Shown: positions 53,576-58,107 of the stretch, piece after piece
Layout of the letters: each line of letters begins with the position of its first letter
Position numbering within the stretch: the stretch's first letter is position 1
Origin: an uncultured Arcobacter sp.
GTDB taxonomy: Bacteria > Campylobacterota > Campylobacteria > Campylobacterales > Arcobacteraceae
DNA length: 58,107 bases
Direction of reading: 5' to 3'
Assembly: GCA_964445915.1 (NCBI GenBank)
Contig: CAYUNC010000001.1
Span: 1 to 58,107, forward strand
Position numbers and translations under genes: made by a program
Notes under the pieces: generated by a model
The model's input: the letters and a program-made list of their open reading frames with translations, nothing else
The model's database searches: none
What the model was told of the DNA's origin: nothing

Positions 53576-55828
53576 TTACGCTATACCTACTGAATAATAA
53601 TTCATCACTAGTGATGCGAAATCATCCAACACTGGTATATCAACAGATGTTTTTAATGCTGAAACTTCTTTTAATTTTTCTATCTTACCTGTTTTATCAC
53701 TAGTAACAGCCTCAGATTTTTTAGTTTCAGACATCTTTTTAATACTCCATACCATATCTTTTGTTACTTCTCTTGCTTCCTCTTCTTTTCGTCTTTGTGA
53801 TTCTAATATCTTTTTTTCTGTATCAGCTATTAATTCTGTTGGTTTTATTTTTCCACTTACTACCGATCCTAATGATTTCTGTTTTGAATCAGCTTTTTCA
53901 GATTCTAACATTTTTAATGCTAATAAAGGCTCTGTCTCTTTTAATCTTTTTTGAACACTAGCAAACACGCTTTCTCCGAGCTTTGCTCTATCAAAATGTC
54001 TAGAACTAAGTAAATAAACATCTTTTATGAACTGCTTTTCATCAAAATCTTTACTACTTTTTTTCTGCATCTCATATGCTTTTTCAAAATCCTTACTAGC
54101 AAATTTTCCAGTATGCACTGCTCTTGACCATAATACATTTTGCAGTGTTTTTGACTTTAATATCTTTTGTTGTAAATCCTCAGTAAGTTTCATAAACTCA
54201 GGTTTAAAATGAGTTTCTCTTATAAATTCATGTTCCAATGGTTGTATTTTACCCTCAGCAGCTAACGATTTCCAAGTTCTAGCAAAATCACCACTAGGAT
54301 CATACATTGATTCTTTTTTAGACATCAATTGATTATAAACTTCTGGATTTTTGTTTTTAATAAACCTAAGAAATTTATCCATTGTACCAGTTTGAGTTGC
54401 TATTTGATAAGCGCCATAGGAAGCACCTCCAGCTTTATCATATCCTATGGCAAAAGATCCTTTTTCGCCGGATTCATATCTTGATGATAAAAAACCAATT
54501 TTTTTAGGGGTGATTTTTGGTGCTATTTTTTCATACATTTTTTTAGAAAATTCAATATTTTGTCTAATTCTTTCCATAGCACCTTCTGCAGTTTCTCCTA
54601 TTTTTGGTAAATATACACCAATTCTACTGCCGATTTTTAATAGCTTTTTATTTAAATCTTTAAATAAATATTCAATTTTTTCAAAAAAATCTTTAAATAG
54701 TTTTTTAAAACAATTCTCCAAAAAATCAATTAAATCGTCACTAATTTTTTTAAAATAATTAGTGAAATTGGTTTTGAATGATTTAATAGACTTACTAATT
54801 TTGTTATAAAGATTTGTTATATCATCTTCAACAATATTCCAGCCTCCTCTTAGTGCTTTTTCAAAATCAAATTTAAATTTATACCCAAGTTTTTTCAGTA
54901 TAAAATTAGCAGGTTTTTCTATTAACGACAGCAAACCAGAACCAAAACCAATAACACCCTCTTTTATCTTTCCATATACTGTTGATTCTTTTTCAATATT
55001 TTTAATAGCACTCTTAATACCTTCAAAAAGTGATGCTACAACAGCAATAGGACCTACTTTCTTACCAATAAACTTAATAGATTTAAAAATTTTAAAAAAA
55101 GATTTGGATAATACTCTAAAAAATCCTTTTATATATTTTTCAAAAATGATCGTCCAAATACCGACATCACTTAAACCTATTTCTCCATCTCCACTTCCAA
55201 AAAATGATGATACTCTATCTAACCATGTTTTTTTATCTTTTGCTTCTTCACGTATGTCACGTTTTTTACTTTTCTTAAAATGATCAAATATTTTATTTAA
55301 AAGTTTCGTTTGTTTGACTTCTTCTTTTAATTCAGGACTTTTTTTACTAAACAACCCTGAATAATTCAAAAATTTTTCAACCCCTCCTCTAACAGCAACA
55401 AATGAATTATAAGCCAGTGTTATATATTCTTTAGTTGGTCCCAATATTTCATCAAATTTATCCTTAAAGAAACCAGTAACATCGTTTAATTTTTCTTTAT
55501 AATAAATCATACGTTCATGTTCAGCATCAATTAGTTTTTGTTCAATATCAATTAATTTGTCTGCAAATCCATCAGTAAGTCTTTTGACTATTTTTTTTGA
55601 AGAAACTATATCATCTTTAGCAAACTCATCTAATGTTTTATCCAATGAAGAAAGTATCTTCTTTTCTTTTTTTTCTCTTTCTTGTTCTCTCTTAGCACTC
55701 TTTTTAATTGTCTTCAGTAAATTATTATTTACATCTAATATTTTATTATCTCTGGCAAAACCATTTTTAAGTATTTCTAGTATTTCATTACTTTTGTTTT
55801 CTTCTGGTAATTTAAATTCCTTCATCAC
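53576..55828 (-). CDS. Tape-measure-like protein with an internal lysozyme-like segment
   Basis: 750 aa and K/E-rich helical. Lies downstream of the tube and chaperone genes. The segment GGASYGAYQIATQTGTMDKFL resembles a tail lysozyme domain (from memory). Confidence 0.6.
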   Translation of the reverse strand: MMKEFKLPEENKSNEILEILKNGFARDNKILDVNNNLLKTIKKSAKREQEREKKEKKILSSLDKTLDEFAKDDIVSSKKIVKRLTDGFADKLIDIEQKLIDAEHERMIYYKEKLNDVTGFFKDKFDEILGPTKEYITLAYNSFVAVRGGVEKFLNYSGLFSKKSPELKEEVKQTKLLNKIFDHFKKSKKRDIREEAKDKKTWLDRVSSFFGSGDGEIGLSDVGIWTIIFEKYIKGFFRVLSKSFFKIFKSIKFIGKKVGPIAVVASLFEGIKSAIKNIEKESTVYGKIKEGVIGFGSGLLSLIEKPANFILKKLGYKFKFDFEKALRGGWNIVEDDITNLYNKISKSIKSFKTNFTNYFKKISDDLIDFLENCFKKLFKDFFEKIEYLFKDLNKKLLKIGSRIGVYLPKIGETAEGAMERIRQNIEFSKKMYEKIAPKITPKKIGFLSSRYESGEKGSFAIGYDKAGGASYGAYQIATQTGTMDKFLRFIKNKNPEVYNQLMSKKESMYDPSGDFARTWKSLAAEGKIQPLEHEFIRETHFKPEFMKLTEDLQQKILKSKTLQNVLWSRAVHTGKFASKDFEKAYEMQKKSSKDFDEKQFIKDVYLLSSRHFDRAKLGESVFASVQKRLKETEPLLALKMLESEKADSKQKSLGSVVSGKIKPTELIADTEKKILESQRRKEEEAREVTKDMVWSIKKMSETKKSEAVTSDKTGKIEKLKEVSALKTSVDIPVLDDFASLVMNYYSVGIA

Positions 55829-55840
55829 TAAATCTCCGAA

Positions 55841-55890
55841 AAAAATTAAAAAAGGGTCTAAAGAATCATATACTGTCCTTTAGACCCTTT
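55841..55890 (-). terminator. Intrinsic terminator between the chaperone and tape-measure genes
   Basis: 13-bp perfect stem AAAGGGTCTAAAG/CTTTAGACCCTTT, followed on the - strand by TTTTTAATTTTT. Confidence 0.6.
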
Positions 55891-55933
55891 TTAAAGATCC
55901 ATTTGATAAAATAATATCAAAGCGAGACCAAAA

Positions 55934-56868
55934 CTAAGCAAATCTTGTTTTAATTTTGCTATTTAAATCTTTAATTATTAAATTTAACACAGCATCTACC
56001 TCAAATATTGGCATTAAATTACTTTCCATTATTGAAACACCAGCTTTTTTAGACAGATAGTACTGCTCTTCTATAATGTTTTCTAAAGTAGTGTAACTAT
56101 ATAGGGATTTGATTAATAGAAAAAATTTTCTATTGGTACCTCTATCTTATCTTCTAAATTACAATGTGGACATTTTATTTCATATTCCAAATCAATTCCA
56201 AAATCATAATTATCAAACCAATCTCTGATTTTATTAAACATAAAGTCATAACAATTTTTTACAAATTCATAAGCATCTTCAAAAGGAGGATCTTTAATTG
56301 ATCCTTCCGGTAACATTATTTCTTTAATACAAAAAGCATAAGTTACTATAACTCTTTCTATATTTTTATCTGCATCATTAATATCTTTAATTTTATCGGC
56401 AGCTTTCTTTTGTATACGTCTAGTAAGAGGTGTTAATCTAACTGATATATTTTCATCTAGTTTTACTATATCCCTGCCTTTAGATAAATCAAGTTTTTTA
56501 ACATTCAATTTATTTAAATCAATCTTTTGTATAGACTGACTTTCACATTTTTTGCAATCATAAGTAAATTCAATAAAACTACCCTTTGATTTTTTTCTTA
56601 TCTCAATTAAAAGATATAATCTATCAGCAATATATAAATCATCAATAGAAAAGTCAACATCAGTTATACAATCAGTAATAAGATTATCTAATGCATTCTC
56701 TACCGAAACATCATTATCATTCCAAGATGACAATAGTTTTTTCATAGCTAGAGTAGTAACTGGTTTAAAAGTAACACTTTTACCACTGCCAGGTAACGTA
56801 GTGGTAAATTCATACCCATTCAGATATCTTTTAAAATCTACAACTTCCTTTTTTAAAATTTTTGACAT
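55934..56868 (-). CDS. Predicted -1 frameshift-extended chaperone product
   Basis: The -1 frame is open for 66 codons from the heptamer at 56125..56119 to the TAG at 55936..55934. No independent start or RBS. Confidence 0.45.
56113..56868 (-). CDS. Tail assembly chaperone candidate (zero-frame product)
   Basis: Lies between the tube and tape-measure genes. Has two CxxC pairs and ends in the slippery sequence T_TTT_TTC. Confidence 0.5.
   Translation of the reverse strand: MSKILKKEVVDFKRYLNGYEFTTTLPGSGKSVTFKPVTTLAMKKLLSSWNDNDVSVENALDNLITDCITDVDFSIDDLYIADRLYLLIEIRKKSKGSFIEFTYDCKKCESQSIQKIDLNKLNVKKLDLSKGRDIVKLDENISVRLTPLTRRIQKKAADKIKDINDADKNIERVIVTYAFCIKEIMLPEGSIKDPPFEDAYEFVKNCYDFMFNKIRDWFDNYDFGIDLEYEIKCPHCNLEDKIEVPIENFFY
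56119..56125 (-). promoter_or_regulatory. Candidate -1 slippery heptamer T_TTT_TTC
   Basis: Zero-frame codons are AAT TTT TTC TAT TAA. The heptamer sits 2 codons before the stop. Confidence 0.45.
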
Positions 56869-56893
56869 ATTTCACTCCACTTATCTTAAAAAA

Positions 56894-57460
56894 TTAACCA
56901 ACTTTACTTTGTAAATTAGCATATCCTATAGTATCATATTTAGGAATAACAACATGATACTGATACGAAAAAGTAACATCAAATTGAGCGACATCACTAG
57001 TTGCGTAATCTAATGTGATATCAGCAATACTTTTAGGCCACGCTCCTATTAATTTATATTTTACTAAATTATTACCATTTCCATCTAGTAATATTATATG
57101 CTGGTCAGATAAATATCTATCAGGCGCACCATGAACATTACTAGTAGGATCTAAAATAACCCTTTCCCATGTTTTAAATGTAGATAAAATTTTCGCCATT
57201 CTATCAACATTGAAAGTAACAGTCCAATCAGCATAAACACGCTTGCCAGCAATCTTATAGTCATATCCTTGCCAGTTAGTTATGATTTCTTCAAAATCTG
57301 AACCAGGCAATGTAGTTGATCTTACCAAATAAGTAGGTGATAGATCAGATCCTTTAAGTACTCCCGTTGGAAAAGATGGTGCGAAATAAAATAAGTATTG
57401 TCTAGCACCACCCTTAAAATGAGCAACGTAATCATTTAAATTAAAACCAATATCAGGCAT
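56894..57460 (-). CDS. Tail tube protein (T4 gp19-like)
   Basis: 188 aa. N-terminal GGARQYLFY and LVRSTTLPG, and C-terminal FDVTFSYQY, match the gp19 pattern. Confidence 0.75.
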   Translation of the reverse strand: MPDIGFNLNDYVAHFKGGARQYLFYFAPSFPTGVLKGSDLSPTYLVRSTTLPGSDFEEIITNWQGYDYKIAGKRVYADWTVTFNVDRMAKILSTFKTWERVILDPTSNVHGAPDRYLSDQHIILLDGNGNNLVKYKLIGAWPKSIADITLDYATSDVAQFDVTFSYQYHVVIPKYDTIGYANLQSKVG

Positions 57461-57473
57461 TGCTTAACCTCCA

Positions 57474-58107
57474 TTATTTTTTATAGTAAAAAACATAATT
57501 ACCACAGTCCCATATTCTATCGTATTCATTATTTTTCATATTTTCCCACTCAGATATTAACATATTATAGTTGTTTAGTTTATTTTTTAATTTATGCTTT
57601 TGCCACTTAACTCGGTGTTCTCTAATATTATTTATAATATACCAATAATTAGGTTTTGATATATGATCTAAATTAAAACCCAGTTTTTTATAAAAAATTC
57701 CATCTGAAAATCTTCTATCAGCATATGACACTATTTCTGAAAAGTTGTATAAATTAACAAAAAATTTAAACAATTTTGATGCACCACCAACAACTTGAGT
57801 ATTTAAAGCTGTAGCATATCTTATTAATTCTGTTTTTGGTTGTGCTCCAGTGATTTTTCTTTTGCCAAAAGTCATTACTGACACTAATTTTTCTTTATTA
57901 AATAAACCTAATTTTACAGAACTATTATCTTTTCCTTGCAAATGATTATTTTCAAGAAAAGAATTTTTTGTTGTATTATCAATTTCCTTTATTACACAAT
58001 TTTTAGCATATACTCTTTCTTTATAAATACCCATTTTACTCAACAAAATAGATTTCACAATATCCTGCTTATATATCCACTCATCCTCAAATATCTGTAT
58101 AAGTCTT
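57474..58107 (-). CDS. Hypothetical protein, probably 5'-truncated by the window edge
   Basis: The frame stays open upstream of the GTG at 58058 to position 58107 (..RLIQIFEDEWIYKQDIV..). Confidence 0.55.
   Translation of the reverse strand, partial: RLIQIFEDEWIYKQDIVKSILLSKMGIYKERVYAKNCVIKEIDNTTKNSFLENNHLQGKDNSSVKLGLFNKEKLVSVMTFGKRKITGAQPKTELIRYATALNTQVVGGASKLFKFFVNLYNFSEIVSYADRRFSDGIFYKKLGFNLDHISKPNYWYIINNIREHRVKWQKHKLKNKLNNYNMLISEWENMKNNEYDRIWDCGNYVFYYKK

Noticed and set aside
1-58107. Stop-codon reassignment (as in some large AT-rich phages) or a CRISPR array
   Set aside because: Early and late genes, including ORFs of 1,261-1,297 codons, are all open under the standard code, and the tRNAs are not suppressor types. 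No regularly spaced short repeats with unique spacers were seen.

Overview
AT-rich (about 25-30% GC by hand counts) segment of a T4-like myovirus genome. The left 31 kb is mostly on the + strand. It carries Mre11/Rad50-like (gp47/gp46-type) nuclease genes, a DNA N6A/N4C methyltransferase, a UvsX/RecA-like recombinase, two tRNAs, a CCA-adding enzyme, a serine protease, sugar-nucleotide enzymes, pyrE, a nucleotidase, a dNMP kinase, dUTPase and many ORFans. The right 27 kb is on the - strand. It carries pyrF, a gp55-type late sigma factor, four very large fibre/baseplate proteins, gp6-, gp25-, gp5- and gp27-like baseplate genes, a tape measure, a tail chaperone and a gp19-like tail tube. Features that ordinary annotation does not explain: (1) twelve copies of a conserved leader in which AGGAGG lies 45-60 nt upstream of the ATG and is bridged to it by a covarying hairpin; (2) an ORF-free, RNA-rich island (8.6-13.0 kb) with two paralogous ~300-nt structured elements, one split by a ~505-bp block that carries promoters and a DUF285 repeat fragment held inside an 18-bp inverted repeat; (3) two fibre genes sharing an apparently identical 1,724-bp 5' module but ending in different receptor-binding domains (Asp-box propeller versus DUF285 repeats), plus a third DUF285 gene end in inverted orientation at the window start; (4) a ~45% GC island with a C5-methyltransferase and ORFans, and single-gene cassettes flanked by 19-bp and 23-bp perfect direct repeats; (5) a candidate -1 frameshift in the tail chaperone; (6) a 92-nt tRNA with two anticodon-like arms. 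All functional calls rest on motifs read by eye. No database search was run.
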